Shown piece after piece: positions 36,755-45,896 of a DNA stretch of 64,000 nt. The position numbers and the translations under genes were made by a program. Position 1 is the stretch's first letter; each line of letters opens with the position of its first letter. The stretch lies in NCBI GenBank assembly GCA_965230925.1, contig OZ246403.1, positions 202,455 through 266,454 of the forward strand. The letters run 5' to 3'. The notes beneath the pieces are model-generated. The model saw nothing but the letters and a program-made list of their open reading frames with translations, did no database searches and had not been told where the DNA came from. This DNA is from an uncultured Candidatus Saccharibacteria bacterium (lineage in GTDB: Bacteria > Patescibacteriota > Minisyncoccia > Phycocordibacterales > JACOZG01).

Positions 36755-37247
36755 TTTTGAAATGATATCCTTGAATTTCCTGCGCTCGGGCAAAGAATGC
36801 TTTTTGTTGGCTCTCATTAAATTCAAACAACTCAACTTCAATTTCCATATTATCTGAGGGCTGGAAAACTTGTTGGAAAGCCAAAAGACGACCATTACCC
36901 TCGAAGGCAATGTGAGAATTACCATCGCGAATCACTTTAATCCACGTAAGCGAAGGCAAATAGTTCCCTAAGAATTCTTGCGTGATCTCTCGTTTCGAGA
37001 GTAAATCTGCCTTATGCTCGGTGAGAACTTGAACTCGCTCGGCCACCTTCTCGAGTGCTGTTGGTCGCGTGATGTCGTGAATTAATTGGACGGAAAAAAG
37101 TGGCACCATTACCGTACGGCGAGAAATTTTCTCCCGCTCGATACGGGCAATAAAATATGCGAGTTCGGCATCGCGCGGACTAAGATGCTTAAGCTCTGGC
37201 GCCTTCTGCGCCAACCACCGCCAAATTCTTGAGAAAGTTCCAGCCAA
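36744..37247 (-). CDS. Hypothetical protein, possibly ParB/Srx-like
   Basis: TTG start 1 nt after the copZ stop; IKVIRDGNSHIAFEGNGRLLA resembles a ParB-N motif. Confidence 0.5.
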   Translation of the reverse strand: MAGTFSRIWRWLAQKAPELKHLSPRDAELAYFIARIEREKISRRTVMVPLFSVQLIHDITRPTALEKVAERVQVLTEHKADLLSKREITQEFLGNYLPSLTWIKVIRDGNSHIAFEGNGRLLAFQQVFQPSDNMEIEVELFEFNESQQKAFFARAQEIQGYHFKINL

Positions 37248-37248
37248 A

Positions 37249-37455
37249 TTAAATTGCCTTATATCCCAGATCAGCGATGGATTTCTGAATCGCGTCTTTG
37301 GTGACGACGGCGGGGTCAAATTCGAAGGTGCCCTTCTTGCCATCGTAATCTACAAAGACACTCTTTACTCCGTCCATTCCCGAGACCAGCATCTGAATCC
37401 CCGTCGCACACGCCCCGCAATGCATCCCCTCAATCTGCATATCAATTTTTTCCAT
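37249..37455 (-). CDS. copZ: Heavy-metal-associated (CopZ-like) chaperone
   Basis: IEGMHCGAC...LGY. Confidence 0.85.
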   Translation of the reverse strand: MEKIDMQIEGMHCGACATGIQMLVSGMDGVKSVFVDYDGKKGTFEFDPAVVTKDAIQKSIADLGYKAI

Positions 37456-37464
37456 AGTTTTAAA

Positions 37465-38763
37465 TTACTTAATTCTTTTCTTAGTTACTTTGTAATTCTG
37501 AGTAGTATAGGAATCACCGCGCCAGGTATCTACCCACCCACTACCCACGGTTTCAGTTTCTTCAAAAACAATAAGGTCTTTCAGTTTATAAACCCCGTCA
37601 ACATTATTGCTTGAAGCAAGGTTAAAGAGAAAGTTAGGTGCTGTTACCCCAGTATTCTTTATCTCTAACCTGTTCGCTTCATGTAACACATTACCATTTG
37701 GACCCGTTAAGTAACCGACCACAGAATAATTCCCCGGCTTGGTCACATTCAGCCAAAAAGAAAGGTTGATATAATCTGCCAGTTTATCGCCGTCTACATC
37801 AACTGATTTATCTTGGAAATTACCCGCTATTTGAGCGTGGCCATTAGAAACCGTAAGATAACCGTCACTCGTCCCCAAATATCTTTTGAAAGATTGACCA
37901 GCGAGGTTCTTACCGCTAATCGTATAAAAGGTTCGATAATCACCAGACTTTAGATTCTTAACATATTGATAACCGTAATAGCCGTCATTAGTTAGTTTTG
38001 ATTGCTGGTCAGAAAGATAAACGGTATGAATGGGCAAGGCCTTGTCTTTGGTTTTGGGCCACTTATCTTCAAAAACTTCTAGCTTAATGCTCAAACCCTT
38101 AAGTGGGGTGAGTTTCTTTGTCGTGGGAGAATACTCTGCGGCATAAATCTCAGGGAAAAACCATTCCTGGTTCATTAAACGGTCATTAGAAAGAATGGAG
38201 AAATTAATATTAGAAGTTCCTGAAATCATGGTGCCAAAATTAATTGCTTTCGTTCCAGTATTCTTTAGACGAAACTTCCACAAGCCAGGAAAAGCAATCG
38301 TATTAATCTTGTAACTAAGACTGGCGCCGTCTTTTGTCTTAAAATATAAAGGGTTTGCCTCGTTTTTACCTAGAATAAATTTCTGGTCGGAAATTACATT
38401 TTTGGTAAGATCGATAACCTGGTTTTTTGGATCAACAAGGGAAACACTGAGCCCTTCTCCCTGCCAACCAGCAAAAAAAGCTACATTACTTAAAGAGTCT
38501 AGGGTAACCACCTTTTCGACTGTTTGCCCCGAAGGAATTGTGGCTTCAATAATCTCAATGCTGTTAGCGTCGCTGGTTAAGGTCATCTCTTTATCAGCCA
38601 AACTAGCTAAGACCGCCGCAGGCTGCTGAGCTGGTATTTGAGTATTGAGCGAAAGCAATTTTTTAAAGCTGCCATTATTAAATAAGGTGATAACCAGTAA
38701 AACAAGAGCGATAAAAACAACAGCTAAGTAACTCCGATTAAATTTAAACTTTTTCTTTTTCAT
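37465..38763 (-). CDS. AT-rich membrane-anchored beta-rich surface protein
   Basis: N-terminal TM, beta-sandwich-like segments, NDGYYG and DVDGDKLAD motifs. Confidence 0.7.
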   Translation of the reverse strand: MKKKKFKFNRSYLAVVFIALVLLVITLFNNGSFKKLLSLNTQIPAQQPAAVLASLADKEMTLTSDANSIEIIEATIPSGQTVEKVVTLDSLSNVAFFAGWQGEGLSVSLVDPKNQVIDLTKNVISDQKFILGKNEANPLYFKTKDGASLSYKINTIAFPGLWKFRLKNTGTKAINFGTMISGTSNINFSILSNDRLMNQEWFFPEIYAAEYSPTTKKLTPLKGLSIKLEVFEDKWPKTKDKALPIHTVYLSDQQSKLTNDGYYGYQYVKNLKSGDYRTFYTISGKNLAGQSFKRYLGTSDGYLTVSNGHAQIAGNFQDKSVDVDGDKLADYINLSFWLNVTKPGNYSVVGYLTGPNGNVLHEANRLEIKNTGVTAPNFLFNLASSNNVDGVYKLKDLIVFEETETVGSGWVDTWRGDSYTTQNYKVTKKRIK

Positions 38764-38768
38764 AAATT

Positions 38769-39464
38769 CTATTTACAACTTGGTCCTACTATATCACTTT
38801 CAATAAACCCCGCGAAGCCAGTGCTGTCGACACAGTAGCTCTTGAATTGCTTCGGGGCTGGGCAAAAATAACCACTTCTCTGTTTATTAATCCAAAGCAA
38901 ATTTGCAGAAACAGCATATGCATCTCCACTAGAAAGACATTTAATACCCGGGCCAACCCACTTTTCGGCTTCAGCAATTAGCGGGGAAATCGCCTCGTCA
39001 GTGAAAAATGAATTGGGAGCATGACAATCATTAGCAAGAACACCATAAGAAAAGTTGTGACTTTCGTAATAACTCTCAGCTTGAATTCTGATGGTCGCCA
39101 AAGGAACTTCTACGGCAGCATTCCGTGACTTCACACGCGCCGTATTTAAACTCATCAAAATCAAAAAACCAAGGATGATTAAAATAATTGATCCGATCGA
39201 GAGAATTAATGATAGTGGCTGCCACCGAGTAACCCCTTTCGGCAACCGAGCAAAACCCACAAAACCAGCAATAAAAGCAAAAACAAGAAGAAAAAATACT
39301 ATAGGAATAATAAGTTTTCCGACGGCTGTATCAAAGCTGTACAACCAATTGCCAAGATCAGAACCTTGCCAATAACAACCCAGAAGAAAGAAGTAAACAA
39401 GTGGCAAACAAATTCCAACAAACACTGAGATCAAACCCACTATCGCCCACTTTTTACCCGTCAT
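38769..39464 (-). CDS. Multi-TM protein with a type IV pilin-like C-terminal domain
   Basis: SLNTARVKSRNAAVEVPLATIRIQAESYY...YAVSANL...YCVDSTG, resembling CPR pilins. Confidence 0.7.
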   Translation of the reverse strand: MTGKKWAIVGLISVFVGICLPLVYFFLLGCYWQGSDLGNWLYSFDTAVGKLIIPIVFFLLVFAFIAGFVGFARLPKGVTRWQPLSLILSIGSIILIILGFLILMSLNTARVKSRNAAVEVPLATIRIQAESYYESHNFSYGVLANDCHAPNSFFTDEAISPLIAEAEKWVGPGIKCLSSGDAYAVSANLLWINKQRSGYFCPAPKQFKSYCVDSTGFAGFIESDIVGPSCK

Positions 39465-41793
39465 TTTGTTCTTTCGACTTCTTTTCAATCGCTGGAGTGT
39501 AGAGTTTTAGCAAAAGTGAGTTGAGGACCACGGACACGGAAGAGAAGGCCATGGCGAAGCCGGCGATTTCGGGACGCAAAGTGGCTTGAGAGAAGTTGAC
39601 GAAGGCGCGACCGAAGCCACCAAGCTTCTCGCCAGCCTTGAGCACCCACGGCATAGCAACACCAGCAGACTGCGTGACAAGCAGATGCGCCCCAGCGGCC
39701 ACCGGAATGGCCACCACATTGTAGATAAAGGCCCAGAAAAGATTTTGCCACACTTTATGAATCGTCTTACTCGAGAGGGCAATGGCCGTGGCCACGTCGC
39801 GGAGATCATCCTTCACCAAGATTACCTCACCAGTCTCAATGGCCACATCGGTCCCCGAACCAATCGCGATACCAAGATCCGCCCGCGCCAAGGCTGGCGA
39901 ATCATTAATACCATCACCCACCATCGCCACAATCTTCCCTTCGGCCTGCAAGCCAGCGATCACCTTCTCTTTATCTTGCGGCAAAACTTGCGCCATCACC
40001 CGATCAATCCCCACTTGCTTCGCAATGGCCGCAGCCGTCTTTGGGTTATCGCCCGTAATCATAATCAACTCTTTGCCCATCCGCTTAAGTTCCGCAATCG
40101 CCTCGACCGCGCTCGGCTTCAAAGTGTCGGCCATGGCGATAACGCCCGCTGGCCAGCCGTCGATAAACATATAAACCACGGTCTTGGCCTGATTAATTAA
40201 TTCATCAAACTTCGGCTTAATTTCATCCACATTTAAATTCCAACTTTTCACCAAGGTTTCGTTACCAATCGCCACCTTCTTACCATTCACAATTGCCTCA
40301 ATACCCATACCCTGGAAGGCCTTGAACTCATGAATCTCTGGTAAGGTACCAAGCTCCTTCTTCCCCTTCTCCACCACGGCGCGGGCAAGCGGATGCTCGG
40401 AACCAGTTTCAATAGCGGCGGCTAAACTCAACATTTCTTTATAATCCAGTTGGCCGTTCGGAATCATGTCGGTCACAATCGGCTTACCTTCCGTGAGTGT
40501 CCCAGTTTTATCGAAGGCGATGGTATTGACCCGATACGCCTTCTCGAGCGCGGCCCCACCCTTCAAGATAATCCCAAACTTGGTGGCGCGGCCGATACCC
40601 ACCACGAGCGCGGTCGGGGTGGCGAGCCCCATGGCGCACGGGCAAGAAATTACAAGCACCGCAATGAGACGCATGAGGCCAGCCCGGAATGGCAAACCAG
40701 CAACGAAGACCCAACCAGCAAAAGAAAGAACGGCGATCGTAATCACCGCAGGCACAAAATACTCACTAATCTTGTCGACGAGATCCTGAATCGGTGCCTT
40801 AGACGCTTGCGCTTCCTCCACCATCTTCACAATTTGGAACAGCAAAGTGTCTTTACCCACTTTGGTGGCGCGGAATTTAATGAGGCCTTCTTGATTGACC
40901 GTCGCACCGATTACTTCTTCATTCACCGTTTTCTTGACCGGCATGCTCTCGCCCGTCACCACTTTCTCGTCGATATGGGTCGCGCCTTCGATAATGATGC
41001 CGTCCACTGGAATTTTCTCGCCCGGCTTCACAATGAGAATATCTCCCACTTTAATTTGATTGAGCGGCACGGTGACTTCTTGATTGTCGCGCCAAAGATG
41101 CGCTTCTTTGGCCTCGAGCTTCAACAGTTCTTTAATCGCTGACGACGCTTTGCCTTTAGCTCGCGCCTCGATGTAACGACCGAGCAAGATGAAGGAGAGA
41201 AGCGCGGCCGATGACTCCCAAAACGGGTGGTCGATATTGTAGAAAAGGAAACCGATGGTGCTGTAGAGATAGGCCGCGGTAGTTCCGAGCACCACAAGTA
41301 CGTCCATATTGGCCGAGCCAACGCGCACGGAGGTGAAAGCGTTGCGATAGAAGGGCCAAGCGATCACAAACTGAATCGGCGTCGAGAGAATCCAGTAAAT
41401 ATAGTTAAGATCAAGACCACCAATGGCGTGGACATGCTTGAGATTAAACATGTGCACCGACATGTAGTAGATAATGATCGGGAGCGAAAGGATAAAGCTC
41501 GCGAGCACTCGCCGGCCAGAGGCTTTAAGTTGCTTGGCTTCCTTCTCTTCCTCTTCGGCTAAGTTGCCAGTATCTTCGTCCGGCCGAATGAGATCGTAAC
41601 CAAGTTGATTCACAAATTTATCAATTTGCTCGAGCTTGATCTTAGTCTCATCAAATTCCACCGTCACCTTCTCGGCACCGTAGCTTGCATTCACGGCAAT
41701 AACCCCAGGCTGTTTAGCCACCAATTTATCAATCAGGGTCGCGCAAGAAGCGCAGTGCATCCCCTTCACCTTCATCACAATTTTGGTGGACAT
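39454..41793 (-). CDS. copA: Copper-translocating P1B-1 ATPase
   Basis: GMHCASC HMA domain, TGES, SCPCAMGL, DKTGTLT, HP, GDGIND, YN, MAFSS. Confidence 0.92.
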   Translation of the reverse strand: MSTKIVMKVKGMHCASCATLIDKLVAKQPGVIAVNASYGAEKVTVEFDETKIKLEQIDKFVNQLGYDLIRPDEDTGNLAEEEEKEAKQLKASGRRVLASFILSLPIIIYYMSVHMFNLKHVHAIGGLDLNYIYWILSTPIQFVIAWPFYRNAFTSVRVGSANMDVLVVLGTTAAYLYSTIGFLFYNIDHPFWESSAALLSFILLGRYIEARAKGKASSAIKELLKLEAKEAHLWRDNQEVTVPLNQIKVGDILIVKPGEKIPVDGIIIEGATHIDEKVVTGESMPVKKTVNEEVIGATVNQEGLIKFRATKVGKDTLLFQIVKMVEEAQASKAPIQDLVDKISEYFVPAVITIAVLSFAGWVFVAGLPFRAGLMRLIAVLVISCPCAMGLATPTALVVGIGRATKFGIILKGGAALEKAYRVNTIAFDKTGTLTEGKPIVTDMIPNGQLDYKEMLSLAAAIETGSEHPLARAVVEKGKKELGTLPEIHEFKAFQGMGIEAIVNGKKVAIGNETLVKSWNLNVDEIKPKFDELINQAKTVVYMFIDGWPAGVIAMADTLKPSAVEAIAELKRMGKELIMITGDNPKTAAAIAKQVGIDRVMAQVLPQDKEKVIAGLQAEGKIVAMVGDGINDSPALARADLGIAIGSGTDVAIETGEVILVKDDLRDVATAIALSSKTIHKVWQNLFWAFIYNVVAIPVAAGAHLLVTQSAGVAMPWVLKAGEKLGGFGRAFVNFSQATLRPEIAGFAMAFSSVSVVLNSLLLKLYTPAIEKKSKEQNDG

Positions 41794-41799
41794 AATAAA

Positions 41800-42234
41800 T
41801 TAATTAGTCTCGGTGATTAAACTTTTAACATGGAGTTTGCCGACCATCGAGTAGTGATCACGGTGCTCACCTTCCACATCACCATCACCACAAGGCACCG
41901 AGCAGTAGAATGGGAAATCACCCGGTCGCGTCACCGGAAATTCAATTACAATCGTTTCATTGGCTGGCATCCGTTGCGAGACACCAAAGGCGTCGATGCC
42001 GATACCGTGGTCGTAACTATCTTCATTGATCACCGTCATCTTGATTGTGTCTCCTAACTCGGCTTCAATTTCTTCCGGCTCAAAGCGCCACTCATCCTTA
42101 ACCGCCGTGACTGTAATTTCTCTCACCTTACCCGTGGTCACCGGTTTATCTTCTTCCGACTTCACAAAGGTGTAGCCAACACCAGCCGCAATAATAACCA
42201 CAAGCACAATCGCAATGACAGCAAATTTATTCAT
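41800..42234 (-). CDS. Cupredoxin domain protein
   Basis: DHGIGI...FYCSVPCG...H..M. Confidence 0.88.
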   Translation of the reverse strand: MNKFAVIAIVLVVIIAAGVGYTFVKSEEDKPVTTGKVREITVTAVKDEWRFEPEEIEAELGDTIKMTVINEDSYDHGIGIDAFGVSQRMPANETIVIEFPVTRPGDFPFYCSVPCGDGDVEGEHRDHYSMVGKLHVKSLITETN

Positions 42235-44434
42235 TTTTGATTAAAAACCTCTTGACCAATTTACTAAGACCCACAATCAACAAGAGGGAAATGATTAACT
42301 TTCCCCACCAGCTCATCAAAATTTCACCAAAGCCGGCTCGTTCTGTAACCTCAACCCAGAACTCAGCTCGCAATGCTTCTTCTCTTGGCAAAGGAATTCC
42401 CGCCGGCCGGAATTGCGCAAAGAGTTTATAGCGACCAGGAGCCGGAAACTCTAACTCGAAAGCAACACCATGCTGATCTACCGTTGTTACTCCCGGCTCC
42501 TCGTGACCGTCGGCCACGCCACCATGCGCCAAAGCCTGATTAACTAAAGGCAAGAGGCCGTGCGAGTGCTCTGCGTCACCATGGTCATCGTGACCCGCGG
42601 GATGAGCGTGTAGAAAGTGTTTGAGGTCACTGCTAATAACGGCGAGATGCATCGGCACACCGAGATAATTCTCAAGCGCCACTTCTTCATTGAGCACGGT
42701 GTGAATATCAAAATTAAACTTTACATTCCGCCCGGCTGAAACTTTGGTGGGCAAATCAAGCGAAATCTGATAATTCCCCTCAATTTCATTGCGGCTTAAA
42801 TCAATTTCTTTACTCGGTGGTTTACCGGGATTACGGCCATTAACCACGAGTGGCGTCTGGCCGAAGGTGTGAGTGGCGCCTCCAGAAGTTACTTCTGCCC
42901 AAATTTTATAGGTCCCCGCTTCGCGGAAAAGATGCGAGACGCTAAAGATCCCCGCCACACCCACGCTAGGCTCCGGATGAATGTGGAAAAACTGACTTAA
43001 ATCATCTTTTACTCCAATAACATGCATTAACTTCTCATGATTTATCTGTAGACCACTCACTGGCACAGGTGTATTAGCCGGACGATTAAGCGCCTTAAAG
43101 TTAAGCCGAGTAAATTGCCCAGCCTGAACATTAGCTGGCGGCAAAAGTTCAACCACAAGACCGCTCGTAACCTCACTTGCCTCATGGAGCTCGCCATGAC
43201 CAGCGTGATCGCCGCTAGCCGCACCTTCTTCATGATTCATCATCTCCTCGTGATGCTCCATCATTCCTTCCATTTCACCGTGACCGTGCGGCGCCTCTGC
43301 TTGCGCGAGAAAACGAGAAGGCAAAATATAAATAAACACCGACGCGAGTAAACCGGTGAGCGCGATCATAAATGGCATTCGCCACGCAGGCACATTACCT
43401 TGATTCATCTTTTTATCCCGATAATGATACCAAAAGAGTGGCACGACCCAAAGTAAAACCAAAGCCCAATTACCCCAATTGACCGGCAAACCGAAAAGAC
43501 CGGGGCCAGTCGCATCTTCTAAACCATGAGCGTGCGCAGCCCCAGTACCAATTTCTTCCGCCACCAGACCAGTAAAGAAGTGTTCTTGAGTAATAGTCTC
43601 AAACAAGGTGTGTTGACCAGAAGCAACCCACCAATCGTGAGTAAACAAGCCGAGGATTAAAATGAAACCGGCCACAAAAACCATCATCCAACCGGTCGCT
43701 CGCTCCAGCTTATCTTTGCGCGACACCAGCCAGTTGAGGGCATTGACGCCGAGAATAGCGAGAAAAGCCAAAAGTAAAAGCGGGATAATGCGCCCAATGG
43801 CATGAACAAGGAAAAGCGACCAGCCGTAAAATACATTTTGAGACGAGGCAATTTCAACCAAAATAAGCGGCGTGGCCGGATGAGGACAACCTACGCCGAT
43901 ATTACCGAGAAAAAGACCAAGGAGAAGCGCCTTCAGATAATCACCCTGCTTCTGGATAAAAGCCGGCGCCGCACCGGTGTAAGAAGGCATCCGGAACTTC
44001 ACCAAACCAATTTCTCCAAGCGCAAAAAGGTAAGCAAAAATACCAGCGACAAAATAAATCCAATTCTTCACCACCTCAATGGGGGCCGCCACCGAGCCAA
44101 TGGCCACCTTACCAACCAAGGCGGCAACAATTCCATATAAACTAAGAGTAATCGCTACTCCAAGACCGAAGGCAATAGCCATGCCGAAACCCTTGCCCGC
44201 CCCCTTCTTCATTACCATCGGCACAATCACGAAAGCGAGCGGCAAAGTGCACGGGAGCACAATCATGGTAAGACCCATGGCATAGCTAAAGAGATACCAA
44301 CCCATACTCCCTGAAGTGAGGTCAGTGGTCCCTCCAGGATTAATTACAAAAGCCCAAAGCAAGCCAAAAACAATCAACACTAAAAGACCAATTATCGAAT
44401 AAGCGAGAAGCTGTTTGAATCTATTAGAATCCAT
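42227..44434 (-). CDS. CcdA-like TM domain fused to His-rich extracytoplasmic metal-binding domains
   Basis: LPCTLP and GCPHP; two repeats of HEKLMHVIGV..FFHIHP / YLGVPMHLAVIS..FLHAHP; His/Met-rich linkers. Confidence 0.8.
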   Translation of the reverse strand: MDSNRFKQLLAYSIIGLLVLIVFGLLWAFVINPGGTTDLTSGSMGWYLFSYAMGLTMIVLPCTLPLAFVIVPMVMKKGAGKGFGMAIAFGLGVAITLSLYGIVAALVGKVAIGSVAAPIEVVKNWIYFVAGIFAYLFALGEIGLVKFRMPSYTGAAPAFIQKQGDYLKALLLGLFLGNIGVGCPHPATPLILVEIASSQNVFYGWSLFLVHAIGRIIPLLLLAFLAILGVNALNWLVSRKDKLERATGWMMVFVAGFILILGLFTHDWWVASGQHTLFETITQEHFFTGLVAEEIGTGAAHAHGLEDATGPGLFGLPVNWGNWALVLLWVVPLFWYHYRDKKMNQGNVPAWRMPFMIALTGLLASVFIYILPSRFLAQAEAPHGHGEMEGMMEHHEEMMNHEEGAASGDHAGHGELHEASEVTSGLVVELLPPANVQAGQFTRLNFKALNRPANTPVPVSGLQINHEKLMHVIGVKDDLSQFFHIHPEPSVGVAGIFSVSHLFREAGTYKIWAEVTSGGATHTFGQTPLVVNGRNPGKPPSKEIDLSRNEIEGNYQISLDLPTKVSAGRNVKFNFDIHTVLNEEVALENYLGVPMHLAVISSDLKHFLHAHPAGHDDHGDAEHSHGLLPLVNQALAHGGVADGHEEPGVTTVDQHGVAFELEFPAPGRYKLFAQFRPAGIPLPREEALRAEFWVEVTERAGFGEILMSWWGKLIISLLLIVGLSKLVKRFLIKNE

Positions 44435-44846
44435 ATTGTTTACGATTATAGATTAAGAAAACGGCCAGCGAGGCGCCGAGGAGGCCGATGTCGCGGAAAG
44501 TGTCTCCACTCACTCCAACGAGCCAGAGAATGAGCGCCATCTCAACCGCAGAAAGGAGAGCGACCCACTTCACCAGTCTGGCCGGCAAAAACCAAAGGAG
44601 AAAAATTGCGGCAAAAACTAGTTCCCCCAAACCCTGAATTCTTAGAAAAACCAAATCGCCACTCGCCGCAAAACCAGGAATCGCCGGGATCGACATGATG
44701 GCCTTAGACATAAACTCCGGCAAACGCTGAATTGCCCAGGTCCAACCACTAGGATTCTGGAAAATATCCCAGCCCGAATAAATATACATCGCGCCAAAGC
44801 TGAGCCGGAGCGCCAGTTCAGGTTTAATTTTATTAAAAAAATTCAT
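44424..44846 (-). CDS. DoxX-like membrane protein
   Basis: LRLSFGAMYIYSG...FRDIGLLGA. Confidence 0.75.
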   Translation of the reverse strand: MNFFNKIKPELALRLSFGAMYIYSGWDIFQNPSGWTWAIQRLPEFMSKAIMSIPAIPGFAASGDLVFLRIQGLGELVFAAIFLLWFLPARLVKWVALLSAVEMALILWLVGVSGDTFRDIGLLGASLAVFLIYNRKQYGF

Positions 44847-44849
44847 AAT

Positions 44850-45113
44850 TTAGGCTGAAAGTTCTTTCAACTTCGCCAAAAACTTCTCTTTGTCGACACC
44901 ACCAGTAGAAAATAATTCGCCGTTGAGCAAAATACCGGGCGAGGCAAAGATGAGATGCTTCATAGCAAGCGCCTGACCTTCGGGCGTAGTGATACTTACA
45001 TCCTCAAACTTTACATTAGGCCAATCGGTTTCAATAGAATGCCACCATTCCTGAAAAGCCGCGCAATGTTGGCAGCCCGGAGAAGACAATTCTTGGAGTT
45101 TAACTTCCTTCAC
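44850..45113 (-). CDS. Thioredoxin/glutaredoxin-like protein
   Basis: SPGCQHC...IFASPGILLNGEL. Confidence 0.85.
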   Translation of the reverse strand: MKEVKLQELSSPGCQHCAAFQEWWHSIETDWPNVKFEDVSITTPEGQALAMKHLIFASPGILLNGELFSTGGVDKEKFLAKLKELSA

Positions 45114-45185
45114 CTTTTAAATTATACAAAACAAAGTCCGGAATCGGAAATTGAGGTTATCCCCAAAGCGTGCTAAACTCGCCGC

Positions 45186-45893
45186 ATGGAAAATGAAACT
45201 AAGAACTCGTTTGCGGTGCCGGTCGCCATTATCATTGCTGGTCTCATTATTGGCGGAGCGGTTTATCTGAAGGGAGGAGTGCCGACGGGCCAAGGCGGGA
45301 ACGCAGGAGATGCCTTCAGCCCTGATCCACTCAAGAAGCTTAGTGCTGTAACAAACGAAGACTGGGTACGCGGTAATCCTAAGGCACCAATCACAATCAT
45401 TGAATTCTCTGATCTCGAATGCCCATTCTGCAAGCGCTTCCACGAGACAATGCTCGATATCGCCGCGGCTTACCCCAATGATGTGGCTTGGGTCTATCGA
45501 CACTTCCCACTTGATCAATTACACAAAAAAGCTAGACCAGAAGCTGAGGCCGCCGAGTGTGCTGGTAAACTGGGAGGAAATGACGCGTTCTGGAAATTTA
45601 CTGACAAAATCTTCGAAACCACCCCCTCTAATGACGGGCTTGACCTTAGCCTTCTCCCTCAATTTGCTACTGAACTTGGCTTAAACAAAGCTGATTTCGA
45701 AAAATGTCTGACGAACGGCGAAACAAAAGAATTAGTTAATAAAGACTATGAGGAAGCGGTGGCGGTTGGCGGTCGCGGTACACCGTACCCAATTATCATT
45801 ACCAAAAACGGCGAAAAAGTGGCGCTCCAGGGCGCCGTCCCCTTTGAGAACATGAAAGAAGGGATCGACAAGATTCTCTCGGAAACCAAGTAG
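45186..45893 (+). CDS. DsbA family (BdbD-like) thiol-disulfide oxidoreductase
   Basis: EFSDLECPFCKRFH, RHFPL, GTP. Confidence 0.92.
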   Translation: MENETKNSFAVPVAIIIAGLIIGGAVYLKGGVPTGQGGNAGDAFSPDPLKKLSAVTNEDWVRGNPKAPITIIEFSDLECPFCKRFHETMLDIAAAYPNDVAWVYRHFPLDQLHKKARPEAEAAECAGKLGGNDAFWKFTDKIFETTPSNDGLDLSLLPQFATELGLNKADFEKCLTNGETKELVNKDYEEAVAVGGRGTPYPIIITKNGEKVALQGAVPFENMKEGIDKILSETK

Positions 45894-45896
45894 AAC

